This document shows, piece by piece, positions 18,207 to 27,208 of a stretch of 64,000 nt of DNA. The first letter of the stretch is position 1. Each line of letters starts with the position of its first letter. The notes under the pieces are model-generated. The model did not search any database. It was not told where the DNA came from and worked only from the letters and a program-made list of their open reading frames with translations. Made by a program: the position numbers and the translations under genes. Source of the DNA: an uncultured delta proteobacterium (GTDB lineage Bacteria; Desulfobacterota; BSN033; UBA1163); contig CAVTZZ010000040.1 of the NCBI GenBank assembly GCA_963739325.1, positions 8,478-72,477 on the forward strand, in the 5' to 3' direction.

Positions 18207-20003
18207 TCACTCTAAGGACCCGAGTTTTTTTTCAAGGACGGGAAGGACGAATTCCATACCAAGGTCTTTAAGTGTCTTTCTTGCCGGAATTCCCTTTGCA
18301 TTTAATCCGAACCCTAAATATGTTTTTTCCCTCATTTCCAAAAATTTTTTTCGCTCCAGGACCTTCGGCTCACCATATTTGCTATAAATAACTTCATCAA
18401 AAAACCGGTCCGGCAGGATGTCATCTCGGACAGGGTAGCACCCCTCCCGAAGGGAGACACACCGCTCCATGATCGAGGCCCTGAGAATCAGATTTCTCCA
18501 ATCCTTCTCGGTCAATCTCCATCCACAGGCGCCTTCGAGCATGGGTCGGGCCCAATTGGCAATGCTCCCGAAAGTTTTTGGAATCGGTGTTCGGAGAAAG
18601 GAACAGGCGGTGAGGGAATCAAAGATGATCCGTTCGGGGCTTCCGCGTCCTCCATGAAGTTCTCCCACCGGATTCACGACCAGACCGACAGCATCAGACA
18701 GGCTTCCACGGGGCTCATAAGAAGTAATGGCAACTCCCTTTTTTGTCATGGCATATTTCTTTTCTGCTTTATTTATCAAATCCGGAGCAAACTTGAGTCC
18801 TTCTGCCAGCTTATCTCCAATTCCTTCACGATAAGCTATCTTCTTTAAAATCTGACAGATGGCCTTTAAGTTTCCCCATGTCAGTTCAATTCCGCCCAAG
18901 TCCTCCTTTGTCACCAAACCTCTGTCGTAACATTCCATCATCCAGGCGACGACCCCGGAAACATCTTCAGAATCGAGCCCCAGCACATCAACATAGGTCG
19001 AAAGGTAAGTCTGGGCATCATAGCCCGGGATCATCACATTGGCATTCCAACCCCCTGCATTATCGTGTCGGATTTCACCTATGGTGGGAGCATAAGGAGG
19101 TTTTCTCCTCATATAGGGAACCTTACATCCAACATGGCAAAGATTGCACGAGTCACTCCAAAGTTTCGCACCTTGTTCCAGCTTCAACGGATTACTCAAA
19201 TCACATATCGGATCCCAACCCAATTGTTTATTCTTAATTCCTTCTGTGGTTGCATAATACCGTTCTGGCATGCTGACACAATGTCCCCAACGACGTCTGC
19301 CCATCTTTTCAATTTTATCCTCTTTCAACCATTTCAACATGAGGTGGTAAAGAAGTTCTGGTTTAACATAAGGTGGAGATTTTGTCCCCCTTACGGCAAT
19401 GGCTTTTATATTTTTAGACCCCATCACGGTTCCCATTCCCAATCGTGCCGCATGGTGATAAAAGTCGTGATCGATAGAGGCATTTCTCACAAGATGTTCT
19501 CCGGCAGGTCCAATGGATGCAATCCTGAAGTTCTGATCATCAAGATCTTTCTTCAGCTCTGTGAGCAACATTTGCTGGTTCTCCGGATTACATTCTCCCC
19601 AGAGATAAGAAGCATCTCTTATTTGAACATCATCGTCCTTGATATAAATGTAAACGGGTCGATTGGCTTTTCCTTTAACAAGGACACCAGCATTATAGCC
19701 TGCGTAGATTAATTCAACGCCAAAGTGCCCATTCATGTTCGACTGACCTCGAAGAAGAGTAAGGGGAGAAAGAGCACTTACATTTGTCACAGAGCCAAAA
19801 AGTCCTGTGATCGGTCCTACCCCAAAATAGAGAATGTTGTTCGGGCTCAGGGGATCTGTTCCTACGGGTACTCGATCCCATAGAATCTTTGCTCCCAGCC
19901 CTCTTCCACCGAGATATTTTTTAACATCCTCTGTCAGATCGACGTTCTTCTTTTCACCGGTCGTAAGATCAATCTCCAGGAGATTAAATTTTGTCTCATT
20001 CAT
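18207..20003 (-). CDS. aor: Aldehyde:ferredoxin oxidoreductase (tungsten/molybdopterin AOR family)
   Basis: MNETKFNLLEIDLTTGEKKNVDLTEDVKKYLGGRGLGAKILWD is the typical AOR N-terminus. CNLCHVGC is the Cx2Cx3C Fe-S motif, with a distal DSLTAC Cys. The likely start is ATG 20003 (GGAGG upstream, TAAAATG junction with the upstream stop); the ORF track extends to 20099. Confidence 0.9.
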   Translation of the reverse strand: MNETKFNLLEIDLTTGEKKNVDLTEDVKKYLGGRGLGAKILWDRVPVGTDPLSPNNILYFGVGPITGLFGSVTNVSALSPLTLLRGQSNMNGHFGVELIYAGYNAGVLVKGKANRPVYIYIKDDDVQIRDASYLWGECNPENQQMLLTELKKDLDDQNFRIASIGPAGEHLVRNASIDHDFYHHAARLGMGTVMGSKNIKAIAVRGTKSPPYVKPELLYHLMLKWLKEDKIEKMGRRRWGHCVSMPERYYATTEGIKNKQLGWDPICDLSNPLKLEQGAKLWSDSCNLCHVGCKVPYMRRKPPYAPTIGEIRHDNAGGWNANVMIPGYDAQTYLSTYVDVLGLDSEDVSGVVAWMMECYDRGLVTKEDLGGIELTWGNLKAICQILKKIAYREGIGDKLAEGLKFAPDLINKAEKKYAMTKKGVAITSYEPRGSLSDAVGLVVNPVGELHGGRGSPERIIFDSLTACSFLRTPIPKTFGSIANWARPMLEGACGWRLTEKDWRNLILRASIMERCVSLREGCYPVRDDILPDRFFDEVIYSKYGEPKVLERKKFLEMREKTYLGFGLNAKGIPARKTLKDLGMEFVLPVLEKKLGSLE

Positions 20004-20004
20004 T

Positions 20005-20661
20005 TTATTCATCACCTCCGAATAGCTCTTCCGGAGTGATCTGGGCTTTATTCCTTGGCAGGGGATGAAGCCTTTCAGCCATACAGGCTGCTTTTTCATC
20101 CGGATGGATCCGTTGCATGTGCTGCGGGAACTGGGGATTCATATATTCCAGGGCAAAAGAGGGACAGACCTCAACACATTGGGGGCGTCGGACACCATCC
20201 TTTTCACAAAGGTCGCAAACCATGGCATGGTCATGTTCTGGAAGGTAGAAACGGGGAATTTTAGCCGGACATTCTTTTAGGCATCTCCCACATTTTGATC
20301 CCAGACACCTCTCTTCGTCCACGACCATATGAAATTTCACAGAGTCATAGTGAATCACAGGTGGATCGATGGGGCATGCCTTTTCACATTCACGTTCCTG
20401 GTCTGAACACTGACTGCAGACATTCTGAAAAGATTTGGGAGCTGGAAGGAGATAACGAAAAATCCTTATCCTTGATAATTCCCGATGGATCACTCCGTAA
20501 TGGAACATGGAACAGGCCACTTCGCAAAATCCACAACCAATGCAGAGATCCCATCTTGTCTCAATCAGAGCAATGCCCTCCGGGTAGGGAACATTTTCCA
20601 AACCCCATCCTTTTTTGTTCTGTAATGCCTTAATGTATTTTGATTTCTCACCCTTCTTCAA
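20005..20661 (-). CDS. Four-cluster [4Fe-4S] polyferredoxin (DmsB/AorA-like electron-transfer subunit)
   Basis: 218 aa with four Cys groups: CIGCGFCEVAC, CSQCSDQERECEKACP, CLGSKCGRCLKECP and CDLCEKDGVRRPQCVEVCP. It sits immediately upstream of aor. Confidence 0.85.
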   Translation of the reverse strand: MKKGEKSKYIKALQNKKGWGLENVPYPEGIALIETRWDLCIGCGFCEVACSMFHYGVIHRELSRIRIFRYLLPAPKSFQNVCSQCSDQERECEKACPIDPPVIHYDSVKFHMVVDEERCLGSKCGRCLKECPAKIPRFYLPEHDHAMVCDLCEKDGVRRPQCVEVCPSFALEYMNPQFPQHMQRIHPDEKAACMAERLHPLPRNKAQITPEELFGGDE

Positions 20662-20749
20662 AGTCTTTTCTCACTTTCTTTAATGACTTATATTTTAAAT
20701 CATAAATTTTTGATAGCACCCAATAGCTCTTTCGATCTTCATTCAACCC

Positions 20750-22559
20750 CTATTTCGGCTCCACAATCACATCGACCAAGGCAGGAAGCCTTTTTTCTTT
20801 AACCACCTTTAAGGCTCTTTTTAGGGCTGGCCTGTAAATCCTCAGGGCGTCGGATCGGACCTTCTCCATAGACACCAAAACACTCCGCCATCTTGGCAAA
20901 GTTGATCGGAGGATGATCCAAATGGGTCCCAATGCCTGCATTTCCCACCGGTCGTTCCCGAAACTTGGCTATTTCAATTTCATGGGTTTCAGAGTTATAG
21001 AAGGACTGGTTATTGTTCATGATAATCAAGAGAGGAATCTTGTGGTGAGCTGCAGTCCAAAGGGCACTTGGGGTCATCAACAAATCTCCATCATCCTGAA
21101 TATCGATACAGAGTTTTTCGGTTTTGAGATGAGCCAATGCACCTCCAATCGAAGCGCTCATCCCGTAGCCCACACCACCTCCGCCACTCGTCCCCAAATA
21201 CTGATAGGGTTGAGTCCAATCCCAAAGTTTACGTGCCCAAAGGTTGGCATCGCCGTTGACCAGGACCCAGTCTTCCTTCTTGATGACCTCCCATAGTTCC
21301 AGGGCTAAGAAAGCCATAGCGATCTCCTTTTGGGTAGCTTTGGCTTGGGCTTCTTCTAACCATTTAACCCGCAGACTATCATGTTTCTCTTTGATAGCGC
21401 TGAAGCGTGCTTCGATATGGCGGTTGGTCTTCTCATTATTTCCAAGCATCTGCCGACAGAGACGGGTAAGCTCAGGTACAGCCACTGAGGTCTCTGCAGC
21501 GATAGGCACATCCACGGCCTGGAGACACTGACAGTCTCCAGCCCAACTGCGAACCAGCATATCGTTCATCGAAATTTGAATAATTTTAACCGATGGGTTG
21601 GTCACATATTCAGACACTCGGGTGGTTCGATTAAGCGCCGTCAGCGAACCATAAAGATCCGTCACATCTAAGGCCAGGATGACATCCGCTTTTTGCAGAT
21701 ATTCCCGTCCTCCTCCCGTAACATCTAAAGGATGTGTATTTGGAAAATTGAGTCCGTTCGCTTTACGGTTACCCGCCTTATCAATCACAGGAATGGCTAA
21801 CAACTCTGCTAACTCAATCAAAGAGGCAACCGTCTTATGATAACGTCCGAGGTTCTCTACAATGATCAAAGGGGATTGAGCATCAACGAGAAGCTGAGCT
21901 GCCTGGCGCAACGTTTCGGGATTTGCCTGAACAGGGGCATGCGGTGAGAAACGACTTAAGTCTGGAATCTCAATCTTCTCACGAATCGGGTCCTCCTGTA
22001 AGTCTGCATCATAACAAATATAGACGGGAGCCTTTGGCTCGGTAGTGGTTATACGGTATGCCCGGATAAAGGACATGGGTGCACTTTTAATGCTATAAGG
22101 CTGATCGTCCCACTTTACATAATCTCGGATCTGTGTTCCCTGGACCATGGCCGTATGGATCCAATCAATCCAGGGGCGCCGCCGTGTCGTATCGATGGGT
22201 CCGGTGCCTCCGAGAACGATGACAGGCACTCGGTCACACCAGGCATTATAAATGGCCATACTTGCATGCTGCAGGCCGACGATATTGTGAACAATGGCCA
22301 CCATGGGTTTCCCTTTGGCTTTGGCATAGCCATGGGCGATGCCAACAGAGATTTCTTCATGGCAGCAAAAGATGACCTGAGGTTTATGGTTCCCTCCATA
22401 ATTAACAATCGAATCGTGAATACCACGGAAGGTGGAACCAGGAATAAGAGCTGCATACTCGATATCGAAGGCCTTCATGAGATCCACAATCAGATCAGAT
22501 CCGAATTTGGGCTCCCTTTTATCCATTTTGCTTTGTACGTTTGCCATTTGAACCTCCAA
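20750..22559 (-). CDS. Thiamine-diphosphate-dependent enzyme (acetolactate synthase / 2-oxoacid decarboxylase superfamily); C-terminus displaced by a 1-nt frameshift near 20834
   Basis: It has the N-terminal Pyr domain (GSDLIVDLMKAFDIEYAALIPGSTFRGIHDSI, CCHEEISVGIAHGYAKAKGKP) and the TPP motif DDGDLLMTPSALWTAAHHKIPLLIIMNNN. The expected tail RPALKRALKVVKEKRLPALVDVIVEPK lies in ORF 20750..20941. Confidence 0.85.
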
Positions 22560-22665
22560 ACATTATTTTTGAAGCTCCCCGCCCACAGGGCGAGGCTTCC
22601 CGGAAAGGAAATCTCATTTATATTGTGCCCCTTGGCCCGCTTTGACGGGACGGGGCACTTGCCGG

Positions 22666-22890
22666 TCAACCTCCATCTGCGAGTCCAAGCATAAAAATTT
22701 CCTCTGCCTCTGGATCAAACTCAGCAATCTGAACCCCCGGCCCCCCTTTCTTAAAAATCTTACAGGCAATGAAACCTTGTTTCATACAAACTTCAAATTT
22801 CTCACGGGCGATTTGAGTTTCGATGGGTGAATTGGGGTTCCAGGAATATTTCTCCTCTACATTCCCATTTAGAATTTGGAGGCATCCCAT
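22666..22890 (-). CDS. Small hypothetical protein ending in Gly-Gly (possible ThiS/MoaD-like beta-grasp carrier, speculative)
   Basis: 74-aa ORF on the same strand as its neighbours and not overlapped by another gene. The N-terminus reads LQILNGN and the C-terminus reads EIFMLGLADGG followed by the stop. I recognise no family. Confidence 0.45.
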   Translation of the reverse strand: MGCLQILNGNVEEKYSWNPNSPIETQIAREKFEVCMKQGFIACKIFKKGGPGVQIAEFDPEAEEIFMLGLADGG

Positions 22891-23030
22891 TTAAATTGAT
22901 CCTTTACCTGAAGTTCGGCAGAGGGTTCCAGGTTTTCTTTAGAATTATCGATCTTCCCATCCAGAAGCGCAAGCTTTCTAGATGATAAAGCACGCTCAAG
23001 GGCCGGTATGATTTCTGGAGGTTAATCTTT

Positions 23031-23795
23031 CTAAATATTCCTATTGAGATAAATCGTTTCCCAAGTAGCTGCATCGATGGATTCACCCGTAATTCCCATG
23101 GGCCCCTGACTCGCCAGAAAAACCGCTATTTTTCTAATATCGTCAGGCTTCCGTAATGAGGCCTTCTTTTCCGGAGGGGCACCAGCATGGGCTCTCGTAT
23201 CAGTAGGCCCTGGCCTGAGAGCATTTACGTTGATATTGAACTTGTTCACTTGTGTAGCAAGAGCAAGGGTGAAACCCTCGACTCCGAACTTGGTTACACT
23301 ATAAACAAGACTCCGAGTAGGAGAGGCAAAGGAAATCTCCTTGGTTCTCCTTCCTGCTCCAGAAGACAGGTTGATAATATTGCCGGCTTTCTGTTTTATC
23401 ATAGGTGGCAAGACAGCTTTGGAGCAGAGAAACATTCCTCTCAAATTGATCTCGATCGTATGGTCCCAATCTTTCACGTTGATTTGAGTGATAAAGTCAG
23501 TGGGTCCATGAGCAACGGCGTTGTTGACTAATAGGTCGATTCTTCCAAAGGCTTCCAAGGTTCTCCTGACCATCTCTTCAACTTGTTCTTCAATCGAAAC
23601 ATCTGCCCTAATGGCTAATGAGCCTCCATGGAATTTTGATGCTTCTCTCGCCACGTTATCAATGTCTGACCGAGTGCGTGAAACAACAACCGTATTTGCT
23701 CCTTCTTCAGCAAAAGCCAGGGCAATCGATCTGCCGATTCCCATTCCAGCACCCGTAACGATAGCCGTTTTCCCTTCCAATTTTCTTAGAGCCAT
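23031..23795 (-). CDS. Short-chain dehydrogenase/reductase (SDR, FabG-like)
   Basis: LEGKTAIVTGAGMGIGRSIALAFAEEGA is the TGxxxGxG motif, followed by NNAV and SSGAG...YSVTKFG (catalytic YxxxK). The start at ATG 23795 has AGGAGG 6 nt upstream; the ORF track extends to 23822. Confidence 0.9.
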   Translation of the reverse strand: MALRKLEGKTAIVTGAGMGIGRSIALAFAEEGANTVVVSRTRSDIDNVAREASKFHGGSLAIRADVSIEEQVEEMVRRTLEAFGRIDLLVNNAVAHGPTDFITQINVKDWDHTIEINLRGMFLCSKAVLPPMIKQKAGNIINLSSGAGRRTKEISFASPTRSLVYSVTKFGVEGFTLALATQVNKFNINVNALRPGPTDTRAHAGAPPEKKASLRKPDDIRKIAVFLASQGPMGITGESIDAATWETIYLNRNI

Positions 23796-23871
23796 CACCC
23801 ACCTCCTGAATTTTATTCCCACCGAAGAGTATTCAATGGCAGACTATTTTCCCTATTTTATTATCTTTGCC

Positions 23872-25362
23872 CTAAAGGGCCGAGGTTTTAGGCTTCTTGT
23901 AAACCCTCTCAATGTAAGGCCAGCAGACTACAGCTACTATGCAAAGAAAGATGATGAGACTCGGAATACGGGTAAAGAAGATAAATATTCCATTTTTCGA
24001 ATGAGTTATAGTCTGAAAAAAAGCCTTTTCAGCAATGGGGCCCAAAATTAATCCGAGTACCAGTGGAATGGGATGATAGCCATATTTCTTCATATAGTAG
24101 CCTAAGATCCCAAATACCGTGGCCACAAGCATATCCTGCCAGTCTTCGCGTGTAACATAAGAACCTATCAAACATAGAAGAATAATGATCGGGGAAATAA
24201 TCTCCGCCTCTAACTTGGTCAATTTCTCCAAAAAATGAGAGAAACCTACTGCCATAAGCACACTGATGCAGTGCGCGATAAAGAGGACCAAGATGATAAG
24301 GTAGACGAGGTCAAGGCGCAATTTTACGACCTGTGGTCCAGGAGAAATACCGTGCAGGGCAAAGGCAGCGAGCAGTATCGCCATTGCACTACTACCAGGG
24401 ATACCCATCGTAAGAGTAGGCAAAAGATCACCCCCCGCACAGGCATGAATGGCAGTATCACCGGCGATCACCCCACGCACATCCCCTTTCCCAAAGGTCT
24501 CAGGGTTCTTACAGGTTTTAGTGGCCGAGGCGTAGGACACAAATCCGGCCACCGCGCTGCCTGCACCTGGCGCTATCCCTACCACCCAAGCAATCAGGCA
24601 ACTCCTCATAAAAAGGCCAAAATTATTGAAAACTGCTTTCACCCCTTCCCGAATGCTTCCCGAAAGAGGTACCCCCTCACCGACGATCGAGCTTCCCTCC
24701 ATCCACATGGTAATTGCCGCGCTCATAGCCAGCGCCCCCAGCACTACAGGAACCATATAAATTCCGTCTTGTAAATAAAAAGTCCCTAAGCTGTAGCGAG
24801 CTTCTCCGACGAGGGGATGGTAGCCAATCATAGCAAGGAGGACACCAATACCGCCCCCCATCAAGCCTTTTAAAATCGTTGCTGATGACACTGCGGCGAT
24901 TGCTGTAAGGCCAAATAAGGCCAACATAAAAAATTCAGGCGGCCCGAAAAGCAGAATAATCTGATACATAACAGGCAGAAAAACAAGGATGCTTAAGCAA
25001 GAAAAGAGGCCTCCAAGAATTGAAACAGTGGCCGAAGCAGCGATGGCCGTCTTCGCCTTACCTTTTTTCGCCATAGGAAAGCCGTCAATCAGAGTAACGG
25101 CATTGGGGTTATCGCCCGGTATATTGAAGAGTATCGCCGTAAGGGATCCTCCAAATTTCGAAGTGGCATAAATGGAGATAAGCAGGATAAAGGCGGGGAT
25201 AATATCCATTTTCCAAGTGAAAGGGATCATCATCGCCATTGCGTGGGTCGAGCCGATGCCAGGCAAGACGCCCACCACCACCCCAATAAGGGTTCCAAGT
25301 AGCATCAACAATAAATTCTGATACTGAAAAAGGGCGGATAAAGCAGCCACGCATTGATCCAT
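23872..25362 (-). CDS. tctA: TTT large permease TctA
   Basis: 496 aa, polytopic. LLGTLIGVVVGVLPGIGSTHAMAMMIPFT, SKFGGSLTAILFNIPGDNPNAV and GFPMAKKGKAKTAIAASA match the other TctA copies in the window and the TctA family pattern. Confidence 0.9.
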   Translation of the reverse strand: MDQCVAALSALFQYQNLLLMLLGTLIGVVVGVLPGIGSTHAMAMMIPFTWKMDIIPAFILLISIYATSKFGGSLTAILFNIPGDNPNAVTLIDGFPMAKKGKAKTAIAASATVSILGGLFSCLSILVFLPVMYQIILLFGPPEFFMLALFGLTAIAAVSSATILKGLMGGGIGVLLAMIGYHPLVGEARYSLGTFYLQDGIYMVPVVLGALAMSAAITMWMEGSSIVGEGVPLSGSIREGVKAVFNNFGLFMRSCLIAWVVGIAPGAGSAVAGFVSYASATKTCKNPETFGKGDVRGVIAGDTAIHACAGGDLLPTLTMGIPGSSAMAILLAAFALHGISPGPQVVKLRLDLVYLIILVLFIAHCISVLMAVGFSHFLEKLTKLEAEIISPIIILLCLIGSYVTREDWQDMLVATVFGILGYYMKKYGYHPIPLVLGLILGPIAEKAFFQTITHSKNGIFIFFTRIPSLIIFLCIVAVVCWPYIERVYKKPKTSAL

Positions 25363-25377
25363 CCTCGTACCCTCCCT

Positions 25378-26025
25378 TTAAAACAAATTGAGTGATTCCA
25401 GTATCGGCTGAAGTAAAAGCCCAAAGTCTGCGGGAGCTCCCAGCAATTTGTAAAGGCAGACATAAATGACAAAATACATACTGGCAAGGGTAATGAAGAT
25501 CTTCCCCTTTTTCTTGAACCCGTAATAATAGCACGTGCCGACAATGGCAAAAAAAGCTCCTACCAGATAGCCGAAGAGGAGAACAGAACCGAAACAAATA
25601 AGGAGGGCAATGAACGCCTTTTTCTCTTCGCGGAAGGTAATCTGCTTGGCTGGCTCCTCCTCGGTAATCTCCTTGACCGGCTCCTCCTCGGACCTCTTTA
25701 GTACCTCTTCCTCAATTTGATCCTTTATACTTTCAAACTCCCCTGCAAGACCAGCTTCCTTGAATTCTCCGATTTTGCTCTTGGGGAAAATAATATGAAA
25801 AAGACGAATCCCTGCCAATACGAGGGTGGCGAAGCCGATGAACATCGGTACGACGGCCGCCGCAAACTTATATTGAAAGCTCCCAAGAAATATATAAAGA
25901 GTGAATGCAAAAAAGGGAAGAATGATCCACAATTCTCCCCGAAGCTTTTCCAATTCTTTCGGACTTGGATCAGGCCTCTTCGTCTTTAAATCCTTACTCA
26001 TATCAGTGCCTCTTAAGGAGGCCAC
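25378..26025 (-). CDS. TctB-position small membrane protein with an acidic central loop (atypical TctB-like)
   Basis: It lies between tctC and tctA. There are two hydrophobic segments on each side of GEFKEAGLAGEFESIKDQIEEEVLKRSEEEPVKEITEEEPAKQITFREEKK. It is paralogous to 36268, 45067 and 52123. The likely start is ATG 26001 (MSKDLK). Confidence 0.6.
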   Translation of the reverse strand: MASLRGTDMSKDLKTKRPDPSPKELEKLRGELWIILPFFAFTLYIFLGSFQYKFAAAVVPMFIGFATLVLAGIRLFHIIFPKSKIGEFKEAGLAGEFESIKDQIEEEVLKRSEEEPVKEITEEEPAKQITFREEKKAFIALLICFGSVLLFGYLVGAFFAIVGTCYYYGFKKKGKIFITLASMYFVIYVCLYKLLGAPADFGLLLQPILESLNLF

Positions 26026-26094
26026 TCATCCGCCTGCGACAAGCAGATGAGTGGCTACACGATGGAGTTTAAGATTATTTCCACGCCCTATTTT

Positions 26095-27109
26095 CTACAG
26101 ACCATATTTTTTCAAGGTAGGAGCCATTTTGCGTAATAATTCAGCATGCTCCACTATCGTCTCCTTCACCTTTTCATCCAAACATGTATCCAGTGTAATT
26201 CCAATCTTCTCGCGAAAGGCCTTAAACTCAGGATCGCCGAACGCCTTCTTGAAGGCATCAATAAGCTTACGTTTGGCTTCTGGGGCGAGCTTTGGCGGTG
26301 CCATGACCATTCTGTTACCGCATTCTCCTCCCAATAGTTTCAACACGTCTGGGAAACCTTTTTCTAGTATAGTAGGAACATCGGGTAGAATCCTTTTTTC
26401 AGTCATAGTAACCAGTACATTGATCTCTTTACTTTCAATGAGGGCCTTGACAGGAGTATAATCCATAAGAGACACATCCGTATCACCTCTTATGAGGGAA
26501 CCTATTGTTTGTGCCGATCCACCTGAAAAGGTAAGCTTTCCTGGTATTCCGACAATCTCGTTGAGAAAAATCGTATCGAGTTGTTCCGATGAACCTACGC
26601 TGGAACATTCGAAAGTAAGAGGTTCCTTTTTCGATGCAGCTAACATCTGTTCCCATGTAGAAAACTTCTTCTTGTTACAAACTAAAACGCGCTGATTCAC
26701 CCCCATTGAACAAAGCCAAGTGAATTCTCTAACATCAAATGGAAGCTTTGCCTGGCCATAAGTGAACTTATAAACATTCCCGCGGATGAAATCGCCAATG
26801 GTGTAGCCATCTGGTTTGGCTTCCGTGAAAACATAGTTCATAGCTTTTGCATGGCTGGCTCCCGGCATATTCTTGACCTCAACCTCCCCTCCCTTTACGT
26901 TAGGATTAAGTTCCTTTAAATACTTGCCAAGAAAAGGGGCCACTCCCCTGGCCACAAGATCCATGCCGCCTCCAGGCTCAGAGGCACAGACGAATGTTAT
27001 TTTTTTTGCCGGGTAGATATCTTGGGCCATCACTGCTACGGCGAATAAACTAAAAGAGACTCAAGATAAAAGCCACAACCAACATTCTCATAAAATTTAT
27101 CCTTCTCAT
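26095..27109 (-). CDS. tctC: TTT substrate-binding protein TctC; signal peptide displaced by a 1-nt frameshift in a T4 run near 27052-27055
   Basis: ORF 26095..27033 starts at MMAQDIYPAKKITFVCASEPGGG, which is the mature-protein start in the paralogs. ATG 27109 (AGGAGG upstream) encodes MRRINFMRMLVVAFILSLF and then hits a stop; removing one T restores ...SLFAVAVMAQD. Confidence 0.85.
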
Positions 27110-27208
27110 CTTTTCCTCCTTTCTTAATGGGCCATTGTTTGATTATTCAGCGAGTTTTAACCGTTTATGCATCGGAAAAGTTCGTCACCAACATCTTACT
27201 ACAATTTC

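Noticed and set aside
19065-19712. 215-aa plus-strand ORF
   Set aside because: It lies entirely antisense within the aldehyde:ferredoxin oxidoreductase gene and has no recognisable motifs.
20662-20749. Moco/Tuco or TPP riboswitch upstream of the AOR and TPP-enzyme genes (also checked 22560-22665 and 4758-5209)
   Set aside because: I could not find the conserved core sequences of either riboswitch class by eye. Only generic hairpins are present. An Infernal scan would be needed to exclude them formally.
22155-22694. 179-aa plus-strand ORF
   Set aside because: It is antisense to the TPP-enzyme N-terminal domain, which has canonical motifs on the minus strand.
24235-24774. 179-aa plus-strand ORF, and similar ORFs at 35337-35558, 44039-44470, 51193-51456, 51578-51919 and 56254-56751, inside tctA genes
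   Set aside because: All are antisense or out of frame relative to strongly supported TctA coding sequences. They recur at equivalent positions in every paralog and have Arg/Pro/Gly-rich, low-complexity translations, which is typical of shadow ORFs.
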